Shown here piece by piece: positions 47,289 to 57,354 of a stretch of 64,000 bases of DNA (position 1 is the stretch's first letter; every line of letters begins with the position of its first letter). The notes below the pieces were generated by a model. It was not told where the DNA came from, made no database searches, and saw only the letters and a list, made by a program, of their open reading frames with translations. The DNA is from a virus. Lineage: Duplodnaviria; Heunggongvirae; Uroviricota; Caudoviricetes. Location: the IMG/VR virus record IMGVR_UViG_3300026549_002476. One strand, given 5' to 3'. The translations under genes and the position numbers were made by a program.

Positions 47289-48665
47289 ATGATTATTGAT
47301 ATTAATGTTATTAATTCAGCACTTGATAAGATTTCAGATTTAACTTCTGGTGACAAGTCAATGCCCGGACTTCTTCTTGATATTCATGATGAGGACATGG
47401 ATGTTTGTTACTCCGACGGACGCAAGTCTATCATTGATACTATTCCTATCAAAACTGAAGATGGGGATGTCAAGGAGAGAATTGCAGTTACTTATGAGTT
47501 ATTCAAGAATGCAATCAATAACTGTAAGCCAAGCGGAGATATTATTGTAGATAACATCAAGTTTGTGTTTCATACTGATAATTCTACTTTTGATATCATC
47601 AGTGATAATAAGTGTAAAATTGGTGATGGAGATGATGCACAGTATAAGAAGATTTCTACAAAGCAGTTTCTTATTAAGTACACTAATCCTGAAGCTGATA
47701 ACAGAATGAAAGTTCTTTTGAGAGCGAAATACTCAGAAATGTTTAATCCAGAAGCAAATCCTGATACACTTTCAAAGGATGAGCTTACAAATGCTCTTAG
47801 CAAGACAGCTACTGAAAAGGGTAAGCAGGTTTACATTTCAAAAGGTAAGCAGACAGTATTTGTTGTAAACCAGAATTTTGTAACTTGTGTACCGATTGCA
47901 CCTAATGAAGACGGAAGCAATAAGTTGAATTACTCCATGGTAATTCCACAGAACATTGCAAAGTCTATTGTAAACATTGCAAATAGAGTTGCATCTGATG
48001 CTTGGTCATTGTATAATAAGGATCAGAACATCTGTGTTATGTTTACAGAAACAGAGAATGAAAGAGTTGGCATTAGTTTCCAGATGCCAAGTGCTCAGAA
48101 GACTATTGTAGCAGCTCTTCAGAGATATGAGAGTCTTAATTATGATTCTTATAGAATGATGTTTATGAGAGCATTCTTTGTAGATGCTGTTAAGACAGCT
48201 AAGGCTTCTGTAGAGAATCCTAATGTAGAAATTGACTTTGAGAACACCGATGAAGGCATGAAGATGGTCATCAATGGTGGAAATGCAAATGCTTCTACTA
48301 AGAATAAGTATGAAATTACTTGTGAAGATGTACTTGATAATGTTGGTGATCTAGATGGAAAGAAGTATACAATGTCAATTAACAATTTGAGTGATGTTCT
48401 TAATCAGTTTGATGCTGGAGACATTGTATTTGATATTACAGACGATCCAGATGCAAAGATGGTTTATGTAAGGGTAGCTGATGTTGATCGTGATAAACTT
48501 GTTGAAGATTTTGGTAAGATGAGAGAAGAGATGCAGCAGCGTTGCGTTGATAGGGGAGAGACTTTTGATCCTGCTGTTACTCCTACTGATAAGGATCTTA
48601 AAACTAAGTGGCTTAGAAACTGTATGACAACAAAAGAATACTTTATTGTTAATAACAAAGCTTAA
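47289..48665 (+). CDS. hypothetical protein (possibly a replisome accessory protein; unverified)
   Basis: RBS ggagg plus ATG at 47289. Location within the recombination/replication cluster. Confidence 0.35.
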   Translation: MIIDINVINSALDKISDLTSGDKSMPGLLLDIHDEDMDVCYSDGRKSIIDTIPIKTEDGDVKERIAVTYELFKNAINNCKPSGDIIVDNIKFVFHTDNSTFDIISDNKCKIGDGDDAQYKKISTKQFLIKYTNPEADNRMKVLLRAKYSEMFNPEANPDTLSKDELTNALSKTATEKGKQVYISKGKQTVFVVNQNFVTCVPIAPNEDGSNKLNYSMVIPQNIAKSIVNIANRVASDAWSLYNKDQNICVMFTETENERVGISFQMPSAQKTIVAALQRYESLNYDSYRMMFMRAFFVDAVKTAKASVENPNVEIDFENTDEGMKMVINGGNANASTKNKYEITCEDVLDNVGDLDGKKYTMSINNLSDVLNQFDAGDIVFDITDDPDAKMVYVRVADVDRDKLVEDFGKMREEMQQRCVDRGETFDPAVTPTDKDLKTKWLRNCMTTKEYFIVNNKA

Positions 48666-48672
48666 ATTGATT

Positions 48673-49176
48673 ATGAAAAGAGTCTATTTTGATCAAGATG
48701 GTGTCTTAGCTGAATATAAAGTTGAATCAACGGATGTAGATTATGCCCGTGAAGGATACTATTCAGAATTAAAACCAACTAAAGTAGTTGAATATGTTAA
48801 TTCATTGATTAAAGCAAACATAGCTGAAGTATATGTAATAACAATATATTATAAAAAGCCTGCATTTAAAGAAAAAGACGAATGGATGAGCAGATACTTA
48901 CCAAGCTTGGATTCAAAACATAGAATAATTCTTCCTTGGGGAAGCAGTAAGCCATTAGAAGTCGAAAAGATAACAGGTTGTAGGCTAAGCAGTAATGATA
49001 TATTGGTAGATGATCATACTCCAAACTGTTTAGATTGGCAAAGTTTTGGTGGTATGGCAATCAAATGGATTAATGGTATAAACGGAAATCGAAATAGGTT
49101 TAATGGATTACGTATTGACAATTTAAATGAATTAGATAGCATTATTACTGGAGGCAAATTACTGTGGAAAACGTAA
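48673..49176 (+). CDS. NT5C-family 5'(3')-deoxyribonucleotidase (HAD superfamily)
   Basis: N-terminus KRVYFDQDGVLAEY carries the D-x-D-G-V-L motif of NT5C/HAD phosphatases. Confidence 0.55.
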   Translation: MKRVYFDQDGVLAEYKVESTDVDYAREGYYSELKPTKVVEYVNSLIKANIAEVYVITIYYKKPAFKEKDEWMSRYLPSLDSKHRIILPWGSSKPLEVEKITGCRLSSNDILVDDHTPNCLDWQSFGGMAIKWINGINGNRNRFNGLRIDNLNELDSIITGGKLLWKT

Positions 49177-49760
49177 AATTTAGAGTAACAAAGAATAATA
49201 GTGATAGTTTTGGAAAGTATCTTTCTTATCTGCTTAGACATCATCCTGATAAGATTAATCTTTGGGTTGATCTTGATGGCGGTTGGACTAACACAGATGA
49301 TCTTATTGAGAAGATCAATGCATCTGATACAAATCCATTTACAATTACTAAGCCTGTACTTATTGATATTGTAGAAGCTGATGAAAAGAAGAGATTCTCT
49401 TTTAGAGATGATTATAGATACATTAGAGCAAACAGCGGTCATTCTATTCCGGTTCAGCTGAAGTTTGATGAAGTTACACCTGAGAATGATTTGTTCCACG
49501 GGACAGCTCCTCGTACTGCTAAGAGTATTCAGCAGAGTAAGTACATTATTCCAATGAACAGAATGTATGTGCATCTTTCAGATAATGTTGAAACTGCTAA
49601 AAAGGTTGGCGCTAGACATTGTAAGGACGGAGAAACTCCTGTTGTATTTCGTATTGATGTAAAGAAATGTCTTGAACTTGGTGTGAAATTCTATAAGTCA
49701 GAGAATGGAATTTATATGGCAACTAGAATTCCAACTGAAGCAATCAAGGTTGAAGAGTAA
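49164..49760 (+). CDS. kptA: RNA 2'-phosphotransferase Tpt1/KptA
   Basis: GTG start with RBS ggagg. FGKYLSYLLRHHPDKINLWVDLDGGWTNTDDLI, KRFSF, GHS, LFHGTAPRTAKSI, YVHLSDNVETAKKVGARH align well with E. coli KptA (SKFLSFVLRHKPE…, LYHGTASRF…, YVHLSADEATARKVGARH). Confidence 0.85.
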   Translation: MENVKFRVTKNNSDSFGKYLSYLLRHHPDKINLWVDLDGGWTNTDDLIEKINASDTNPFTITKPVLIDIVEADEKKRFSFRDDYRYIRANSGHSIPVQLKFDEVTPENDLFHGTAPRTAKSIQQSKYIIPMNRMYVHLSDNVETAKKVGARHCKDGETPVVFRIDVKKCLELGVKFYKSENGIYMATRIPTEAIKVEE

Positions 49761-49787
49761 TAATTATCTAGGAGATAGATAAATATA

Positions 49788-50549
49788 ATGAATACAGATG
49801 AACTTAGAAAGCAGGCCAATGACTTTATTACAGCTGTTGAGCAGATAGATATTGAAAATAGGGCTGCCATCAGAAGTAAGGAAGCCTTGATGAAGTCAAT
49901 CAATGAACTTGATAAAAAGTGTAAAGATAACAGAGAAGCTCATGAAATAGCTCAAAATGCTATTACAATACTTAGACAGGTATCTGATGAAGCAGTCGGA
50001 AAAGCCTATAAATTCCTTGAGCAGAGTTTAAATGCAGCTTTAGCAAGAATGTTCGTTAGTTCAACTCGTAAGATTGAACTTAAGGAACATACACTTAGAA
50101 ATCAGTATCCACAGCTTGAGATTATTCTCCATGTAGGTGGTGGTAAAACAAGATCATTGAAAACTGATAGTGGTCACGGAATTGCTCAGATTGTATCATT
50201 GTTGAGTGTATTGAGTTTGATAGTTATTTCTGGTTGTAGACGTATCCTTGTTATGGATGAAATCCTTAGTGGTATTTCAGCTAGAAATAGAAAAATTGTA
50301 TCTGACATTCTGTGGTCATTTACAACAATAGGGTTCCAGTTCATGATAGTTGAGCGAGGTTTCATTCCAGAAGGTGCTCAGGTATACAATCTTAAAATGG
50401 AGGGTGACGTTAGCCATGTAGTTGATTCCTATATAGAAACTGATGGAGTATACTTAATGGCTGATGAATCCGCTCAGTTTAAGAATGACAGTGGGATAGA
50501 TGTTAAGGCTTCTAAAACATCTGCTGATAATGAAGTTGTTAGTATTTAA
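49788..50549 (+). CDS. SbcC/Rad50-like ATPase, C-terminal half (short coiled coil, signature-like motif, Walker B)
   Basis: RBS aggagat. …KTDSGHGIAQIVSLLSVL… then RRILVMDEILSGIS (Walker B/D-loop) and MIVERG. Confidence 0.45.
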   Translation: MNTDELRKQANDFITAVEQIDIENRAAIRSKEALMKSINELDKKCKDNREAHEIAQNAITILRQVSDEAVGKAYKFLEQSLNAALARMFVSSTRKIELKEHTLRNQYPQLEIILHVGGGKTRSLKTDSGHGIAQIVSLLSVLSLIVISGCRRILVMDEILSGISARNRKIVSDILWSFTTIGFQFMIVERGFIPEGAQVYNLKMEGDVSHVVDSYIETDGVYLMADESAQFKNDSGIDVKASKTSADNEVVSI

Positions 50550-50572
50550 ATACTTAGATTATAGTGTAGCGT

Positions 50573-50616
50573 TAAGACTCCTAGTAAGCATTATTTACTA
50601 GGAGTCTTAATTTTTT
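50573..50616 (+). terminator. rho-independent terminator
   Basis: taagactcctagtaa…ttactaggagtctta followed by atttttt. Confidence 0.75.
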
Positions 50617-50761
50617 ACCGAAGTGATTATTATTTTTATAGACTTAATTATAACTAGTTGTTATTGTTGATTAGCATACAAAATTTAACCTTAAAAGGAT
50701 CATAGAAATTATATAAAAAATGAAATTTATTTTTAAAACTAAAAATTAGAGGGAATTAACC

Positions 50762-52276
50762 ATGAATCAACAACAAGCTTATTGCATAATAATAGTCAGC
50801 ATTAAGAAAAATTATGTGACTGGTAAAATAATTTCTTACGATATTATAACAAATAGAGGGGAAGTGCTGTTTGACCTTAGAGAAGAAGAATTACTTGTAA
50901 AAGTATGGTCTCTTAGGGGAAGTAATGTTGTAACAGTCAATTTTGAAGTAAATAAAAATAAAATTGTTATGTTAAACATGCTTCCTGGTAAGAAAGCTAG
51001 GTATTATGCTAAAAAGACAGTATCAAAATCTGAAAGAAGATATTTTTACATTGTTGTAACTGGATATGACATGAATAATGGAACTTTTGACTATGTTGCA
51101 GAAAAGCCAGATAGAAAGGTTATTCGTGGAAACAGTGCAATTATAGAAGAACTTGTTGGATTGCCAATAAGCAGCAATGATGATTCTGCTGACTTGAGAT
51201 TTTATAATGCATATATAGATAACACAATAAGTAGTAGAAAAACAATGTTTAGACTTGTAGTATATAATAAAAATACTGATGGATATACAGTTCTTCCAGT
51301 TGCTAGAATAAGCAAAAAAGATTTTAACTTAAAGATTAATAGTGATTTTTCAGCACATGGGTTTAAACAAGAAAATGCTGGAATAACTATTAGAAAGATA
51401 ACTCAAGATATAGTAAGAAGAGATAGTACACTCGAAATTCCAGATGGTGTAACTCAATTAGGTAGACTTGAATCATATGGGCCTGTTATAGTATCTTGTC
51501 CAGACTCATTAGTTAACCTTGGAAATGGTTGTTTTGCTAAATATGTAAATCATAGGAACGGTGAATCTTTTAATAAAGCAAATATACTAAATGAGCAAGA
51601 CTATACAGAGTGCCAGTTATCAGAGATATACTTAGGTTCTGGCATTCGAATTATTCCAAAAGATTGTTTTGCATATTCACCAGTTAAGTTTGTGCAGTTA
51701 TCCGGTAGGGAAGTATATATAGCAAATGGGGCTTTTAAATACACAGAGAATCTTAGCGGAACAGTAAGTACAACTGCTAGAAAAATAGGAGTATCTGCTT
51801 TTGAAGGTTCTGGAATAAATACGTTTACTGGGGATAAGCTAGAGTACATTGGTATGAAAGCCTTTAGTAAATGTCCAAACTTATACAGAGTAAAGATCAA
51901 AGGCGAGTTACTGATTATTGGAATGAATATCTTTGATGGAGATGCTAACCTAAGATATGTGTCATTACCAGATAGTGTTGAAGAAATAGGGGCTGAAGCA
52001 TTTCGTGGTTGTAAGCAATTAACAATGATGTTCATGCCAAGAAACATTAGGAAGGTTGGAATAAATGCTTTTAAAGGTTCTGGATTAGCTCAAGCTATAT
52101 TTGGAAATAGCCTTGAAAAAATAGATGAATCAGCATTTGATGATTGTAAGGAAATTCAAAGAATTGAAATACCAAGCACTGCTAAAATAATTCATCGAAT
52201 GAATGATAAAAAGGAACATTTATTAACATCAGAGAAACTCCAGAAAAGATATAATGTTAGAGTATATAAAGTTTAA
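50762..52276 (+). CDS. protein with C-terminal BspA-type leucine-rich repeats
   Basis: Repeats …GNGCFAKY / IPKDCFAYSPV / IANGAFKYTENL / IGVSAFEGSGI / IGMKAFSKCPNL / IGMNIFDGDANL / IGAEAFRGCKQL / VGINAFKGSGL / IDESAFDDCKEI. Confidence 0.55.
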   Translation: MNQQQAYCIIIVSIKKNYVTGKIISYDIITNRGEVLFDLREEELLVKVWSLRGSNVVTVNFEVNKNKIVMLNMLPGKKARYYAKKTVSKSERRYFYIVVTGYDMNNGTFDYVAEKPDRKVIRGNSAIIEELVGLPISSNDDSADLRFYNAYIDNTISSRKTMFRLVVYNKNTDGYTVLPVARISKKDFNLKINSDFSAHGFKQENAGITIRKITQDIVRRDSTLEIPDGVTQLGRLESYGPVIVSCPDSLVNLGNGCFAKYVNHRNGESFNKANILNEQDYTECQLSEIYLGSGIRIIPKDCFAYSPVKFVQLSGREVYIANGAFKYTENLSGTVSTTARKIGVSAFEGSGINTFTGDKLEYIGMKAFSKCPNLYRVKIKGELLIIGMNIFDGDANLRYVSLPDSVEEIGAEAFRGCKQLTMMFMPRNIRKVGINAFKGSGLAQAIFGNSLEKIDESAFDDCKEIQRIEIPSTAKIIHRMNDKKEHLLTSEKLQKRYNVRVYKV

Positions 52277-52287
52277 CGGAGATAAAA

Positions 52288-53538
52288 ATGTCTAAGATAA
52301 GTTATGATCTAACAAGTTTATATAGGCAAGCTGTTCATTTTCCAAGAGTATCAAAAGATACTGGTGGATCATTGCCATTGTATCCTAGAGTACCTAATAG
52401 TCAAAGTGATGATTCATATAGCTCTGACTACTATAAAGAGATAGAAAAGAATGCTATGTATATGAAAGCAGCTCAGAGTAGCTATAATTCTCCTACTAAT
52501 ATTCGTAGACTTCTTATAACTGGTACTCAAGTAGTAGTAAATTTTTATGCAGCACCAATGTTAAAGGGAAAACGGGCAGAGGCAACATTTACTAGAAAAT
52601 TAAAGGATAGAAATAATAATGAGATAAATATAAAAGAAGTGATCAAAGATAAACTCTTGTATAATGTCAATTACAACAGATATTTACAGGAGAAGACATT
52701 TAATGGCAATGCTGTTGAGCCACAAAAGATAGAGATAAAAGGTAGTGCTATAGGTATACTTGCAAGTCCATGGGTATTATCAAATATTGAAGAGATATAC
52801 TTTGATTGGACTGTATTAGCTTCTGAAGATGTAGCAGCATTGTTTAGGAATTACAGCGGAGATGCTCAATTACAACAGTTCTATATGAACAGGATACCTC
52901 CAAAAATTGATACTAGCCAAAACAGTGTGATACTGGAGTGGTTTATTAGAAATGCATCTGGAAATGTAAAAGATATAACAAAAAGATTTCCAAGGTTAAA
53001 GTATATTGGAATTATATCAAACCTTGATGATGTTATAGAGAAAATAAATAGTCAAGGTCATGTATTTGCAGATCTTAAAAATCCTAGCTATGATAGTGAG
53101 AATAAATCTAGAGATACTTGGTTAATTAGCAATGCTGACATACTAAAAAATAGTTACATAATGCTTGGAACTATAAGTAATAAAAATACATTATTGGACT
53201 CAAACTTTATATCAAAGGAATACATTTACAAATTTGATAGTGAAATCTTAGCGGGTTATTTTGCAAGCTTAAGGACTAAGATAGAGGCTGCTAGACTCAA
53301 ATCTTCTGTTTCAAGAGAAGAAGCTATGGAATCTACAGAAGACATGGGTGAGCTAGAGAAAGAACTTGTTGAAATTAGAGATAAATATGGGGATGCTGCC
53401 ATAAAGCAGATAAAATTTGTGTTTAGAAACTCACATGATGTACAGACAGCAACTGATACACTTAAGTACATTTACAGTGGATTTACATACAATAATAAAA
53501 AGATATTTAAGCCTTTATTCTTTGAAAGTGATAAGTAA
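52288..53538 (+). CDS. hypothetical protein
   Basis: RBS acggagat. Confidence 0.4.
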   Translation: MSKISYDLTSLYRQAVHFPRVSKDTGGSLPLYPRVPNSQSDDSYSSDYYKEIEKNAMYMKAAQSSYNSPTNIRRLLITGTQVVVNFYAAPMLKGKRAEATFTRKLKDRNNNEINIKEVIKDKLLYNVNYNRYLQEKTFNGNAVEPQKIEIKGSAIGILASPWVLSNIEEIYFDWTVLASEDVAALFRNYSGDAQLQQFYMNRIPPKIDTSQNSVILEWFIRNASGNVKDITKRFPRLKYIGIISNLDDVIEKINSQGHVFADLKNPSYDSENKSRDTWLISNADILKNSYIMLGTISNKNTLLDSNFISKEYIYKFDSEILAGYFASLRTKIEAARLKSSVSREEAMESTEDMGELEKELVEIRDKYGDAAIKQIKFVFRNSHDVQTATDTLKYIYSGFTYNNKKIFKPLFFESDK

Positions 53539-53553
53539 TTTTGGGAGAATAAT

Positions 53554-56500
53554 ATGAACAAGTACGAAAAGCTTTTGCAATCAACAATAGATAATTGGAA
53601 ATATGTCCAGGGTTTATCTGATGCAGACATTAAAGATATTATGGCTAAATATGATATTCTTGCATCTGCTTTGCTCCCTACATCATCATCTACTTACTCA
53701 CAGGATGTTGCTCAAGACATTATAACAAAGAATAAGAAAACTTTTAGAACTTTGTTAAATAAAGAATATTATTATTCAATAATGCTTACTGCTCGTAGTA
53801 AGAGTGAAATACTTAGTAATGATGCCCTTAATACTGTATATACAAGGGTTGGTGGTACTTCTAAGAAGTTGTATGTACAGCTGTTAAATTCTTATACTAA
53901 GTTAAATAATGGAGTAAACGATGTATACAGTGACATAACCCCTGATAAATTTAAAGAATCATTAGCATTGTTTGGTTTAAAGAGAGTAGACAATTCTGAT
54001 GATTTAGATGATCAGCTTAATGCTGCTGAAATATCTAAAGAAGACCTTGAAGCATTTGGTGTGTTTGCAGATCAAGATGAAATTAGTAAAAAACTTGATG
54101 AAACACAGCAGGCATTGGATGCTGATGATGACGACGATGGTGATGGTGAAACAGCCGAAGATTTTAATAAGCCATTTAGTCTAGATGATTTTGATAATTT
54201 AGAAACAGAAGAAAACTCAGGTGAAACAAAAGAGTTTGAGGAAAATACTAGTGCTGATGATGATGAAAACTTTGGTAATCTAGAAGACGAAAAAGATGCT
54301 GCAGCACATGTTGAAGAAGATACTACAGCACATATTGAAGAATACATTGGTAAAGATGCTGATGATGAAATAGACATTAGTGAAGATGATTATAGTAAAA
54401 CAGCTGAAACAAATGCCAGTAATGAAGATGAAATAAGAAAGCGTGTAGAAGAAGCAGAAAGAGCTAAAGAAGAGCTCAAAAAAATTGAAGAAAAACAAAG
54501 AGAAAATGGAGAGTATACTGGTGGTATAAATGAAGATGATATTGTAAGAAATAAGATAAAAAATTCAGATATATATAAAGCAGGATTTTTATATGATGAT
54601 AGTGCAATAATAAATTCTGTGAATAATATAATTGACAGATTGAGAGATATGTATGCTAATTTGTACACTGATTTACCATTTGGTGTACTCGGACCATATG
54701 GTGATGACGGAAATCCAAAAGCAATATACATACAATTGAATTCTAAAGAAAAAATAGCTGGTCAAAATACTGTTGAGACTGATGTTCGAAGAACAATGAA
54801 TATTCAGTGTAATAAGATATATAGAATAATAAAAGATCTTGATAATACTTTAAAGCCAGTGCCATATAAATATACAGATAAGGCTAAAGATTTACAAGTA
54901 AATGAAGAGTGGATGAGGCCAGATGGAACAATGATTTATAATTATTGGCCTGTTATGCAAGCTAGAATAGCTTTTGGTGTGTATAAAGTAGAGGAGGGCA
55001 AGGGAATTTCGCCAGAACTAGTAGGAAAGTTTGTAAGAGCAAATTCATGGACTGAATACGTGCAATATTTTAGAAACAAAATAACTATAGCAATTAAAAT
55101 GTTTTTAACAAGATTGAAGGCAAATTCAGAAGATGAATGGGCAGATCTTATTGATATTGCTCTTGGTAGCATAGAGGCTTTTTATACTAATTCAATTCTA
55201 ATAAATAAAATTGATACAGAGGCATTTAGATATGCTGTATGTTTAAGTGGATTCAACAATCCAAAAAGTCTTAAATCATATAGATCAATATCTGAAGCAA
55301 TAAAAAATTCAGATCTATTTCATATAGGAAGTCCATCAAAATATTTAATAGCAGGAGACAAAGAAAAAGATGGTGCTTATAGTGGACTTATAGTGCTTAA
55401 TAAAGAAAGATTTATAGGTTCGGTGGGATTTGCATATAAAACAGTTGGTAAGGCTGTAATGCACGGAGCTAAAATCAGTCTTGATAATGCAATAATTGGA
55501 CAAACTTTCAGCGGCGAAACTAGAGGTATTTCATTAAATGATAATTCATGTACAGTACTTGGAATCATTGCAGCATCTAGATCTGGCAAGGGTGTATTAA
55601 CATTATCATTGTTAGCCCAGATGCTTGCTTGTGGGGCTCCAGTATGCTATATAGATTTTAAACCAGATATGGCTAAACTATTTTGGGATTTGTCAAATAA
55701 ATATAATGTTCCTGTATATGCAATTGATGCTAGTACAAATATGCCGGGTGTCGATAAAAAGACCAAACAGCCAAAGAAAAGACCTTATCCATATACTTTT
55801 GGAAATTCACATAACAATAAATTACTTAATGATATGGCTGCTTATACAAAAGTGTCCAGTATGAATGCTTCTAATCTTAGAAAAGCATTTCAGTTTATAC
55901 CATATGTTAAATCTATATATTTAATGAAGGCTATAGCAACAGCTAGAATGGGAAACAGAGGGGAAGAATTAAAAACAGGAAGTAATAAAATATATTTTGT
56001 ATTTGATGAATTACAATCTTTGAGTGCTGAAATAGCAAGTGTAATTGATGGACTTTGCAGTGTATCTAAGGATAAGACAGCAGGAAAACCCATATTTAAT
56101 GGAACTAAAAATAATCCATCATTACTTCCAGATTCATTAGTACCAGGATTAGCAGATAGTATATATACATACTTTAGAGATGCTCCCAATGCTCTAGAAA
56201 CATTTAGAAATCAGGCTTCAGGGAGTGGTAAAGTAACAGCTATAGTTTTTGCTCAGAATGCAATGGCTACAGAAATAAAGGGGCCATTTGCAAAAACAAT
56301 GCTGAATAGAGCATGTGCTTTGCTTGGTAAAGGAACCGTAAAAGATAGCAGTTATGGAATTAGGCCAAATATTGATCTTGAAAACAAAGAGTTGCTGAAT
56401 AACCGAGGTGTATTTGCTTATTGTACAGCTCCAACGGTAACTGGTAATAGTGATACAACAGTCATAAAAACATCAATGGTGCTTAATGATGCAGATTGGG

Positions 56501-57207
56501 ATCCAGATCCTAATAAAGTAGGCGAATATACTGATGGGCTATTGCATGGTATGAAAAACAAGGATGATCCTGGTTTGAGTAAGCAACTTCAAGATTACAC
56601 TATTAATCATGATTTTATAGTAAGTGAAGATAATGAAGTAGCTCTTGATTATGGATGTAAAGTTGGCGATATTAATCCACTTATAGGGTTTCCAGGATAC
56701 CTAGACTATTTAATGAAACATACAAGTGAATCCACAGATTTTGAGGGTAATCCATTAACTATACAAACTGCATTGTCATCTGGACACCGTATATGTACAA
56801 AGTTCTTAAAGGCTATAGGAATTATCAGTACTGGGCATTATGCATCTCTGGAAGATTGGTTGTTTAGCATAGATCCTGATTCTTTGGTTAATGCAGATAT
56901 AATGGCAAATACATTCAATGACCATAAGTCAGTGTATGATAATATGACTAGCAGAACATCAGATAGTAATATAGATTCTGATAAGATGATAGAGCTTAAA
57001 GGATCTGCTAATGCATATGCAGGATCTAATGATACTGAACAAGATGGTACTGAACAAGATGATAGAATGTCAGATGCAGAGATTTATGAAGTTGCAGAAA
57101 ATTTCATGTTACAGGTAGAACAAAGTATAAATCAGACTGCTAGAGAACCATTGAGAACTAACCTAATAAAAATAATAGTAGAAACATTTAGAGATTGGGG
57201 GATGTAA
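53554..57207 (+). CDS. large protein (1217 aa) with acidic low-complexity region and a central P-loop NTPase (FtsK/HerA/VirB4-like) domain
   Basis: Walker A GIIAASRSGKGVLTL and Walker B-like IYFVFDELQSL. Acidic D/E-rich segment about residues 180-280. Confidence 0.45.
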   Translation: MNKYEKLLQSTIDNWKYVQGLSDADIKDIMAKYDILASALLPTSSSTYSQDVAQDIITKNKKTFRTLLNKEYYYSIMLTARSKSEILSNDALNTVYTRVGGTSKKLYVQLLNSYTKLNNGVNDVYSDITPDKFKESLALFGLKRVDNSDDLDDQLNAAEISKEDLEAFGVFADQDEISKKLDETQQALDADDDDDGDGETAEDFNKPFSLDDFDNLETEENSGETKEFEENTSADDDENFGNLEDEKDAAAHVEEDTTAHIEEYIGKDADDEIDISEDDYSKTAETNASNEDEIRKRVEEAERAKEELKKIEEKQRENGEYTGGINEDDIVRNKIKNSDIYKAGFLYDDSAIINSVNNIIDRLRDMYANLYTDLPFGVLGPYGDDGNPKAIYIQLNSKEKIAGQNTVETDVRRTMNIQCNKIYRIIKDLDNTLKPVPYKYTDKAKDLQVNEEWMRPDGTMIYNYWPVMQARIAFGVYKVEEGKGISPELVGKFVRANSWTEYVQYFRNKITIAIKMFLTRLKANSEDEWADLIDIALGSIEAFYTNSILINKIDTEAFRYAVCLSGFNNPKSLKSYRSISEAIKNSDLFHIGSPSKYLIAGDKEKDGAYSGLIVLNKERFIGSVGFAYKTVGKAVMHGAKISLDNAIIGQTFSGETRGISLNDNSCTVLGIIAASRSGKGVLTLSLLAQMLACGAPVCYIDFKPDMAKLFWDLSNKYNVPVYAIDASTNMPGVDKKTKQPKKRPYPYTFGNSHNNKLLNDMAAYTKVSSMNASNLRKAFQFIPYVKSIYLMKAIATARMGNRGEELKTGSNKIYFVFDELQSLSAEIASVIDGLCSVSKDKTAGKPIFNGTKNNPSLLPDSLVPGLADSIYTYFRDAPNALETFRNQASGSGKVTAIVFAQNAMATEIKGPFAKTMLNRACALLGKGTVKDSSYGIRPNIDLENKELLNNRGVFAYCTAPTVTGNSDTTVIKTSMVLNDADWDPDPNKVGEYTDGLLHGMKNKDDPGLSKQLQDYTINHDFIVSEDNEVALDYGCKVGDINPLIGFPGYLDYLMKHTSESTDFEGNPLTIQTALSSGHRICTKFLKAIGIISTGHYASLEDWLFSIDPDSLVNADIMANTFNDHKSVYDNMTSRTSDSNIDSDKMIELKGSANAYAGSNDTEQDGTEQDDRMSDAEIYEVAENFMLQVEQSINQTAREPLRTNLIKIIVETFRDWGM

Positions 57208-57212
57208 TAATT

Positions 57213-57350
57213 ATGAAACCTGATGATAAAGAAGAATTAATGGAAAGTTTAAAAGCTACTATTATTGCGATGATAAAAGCAGATCAAGCAGCTAGTCAAA
57301 CAGTCAACCAAACAACTGGCAGTAATAAAGAAAATAATAATCAGAGGTAA
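57213..57350 (+). CDS. small protein (45 aa)
   Basis: RBS gggggatg region plus ATG at 57213, between two large genes. Below the ORF-track cutoff. Confidence 0.25.
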   Translation: MKPDDKEELMESLKATIIAMIKADQAASQTVNQTTGSNKENNNQR

Positions 57351-57354
57351 AGTT

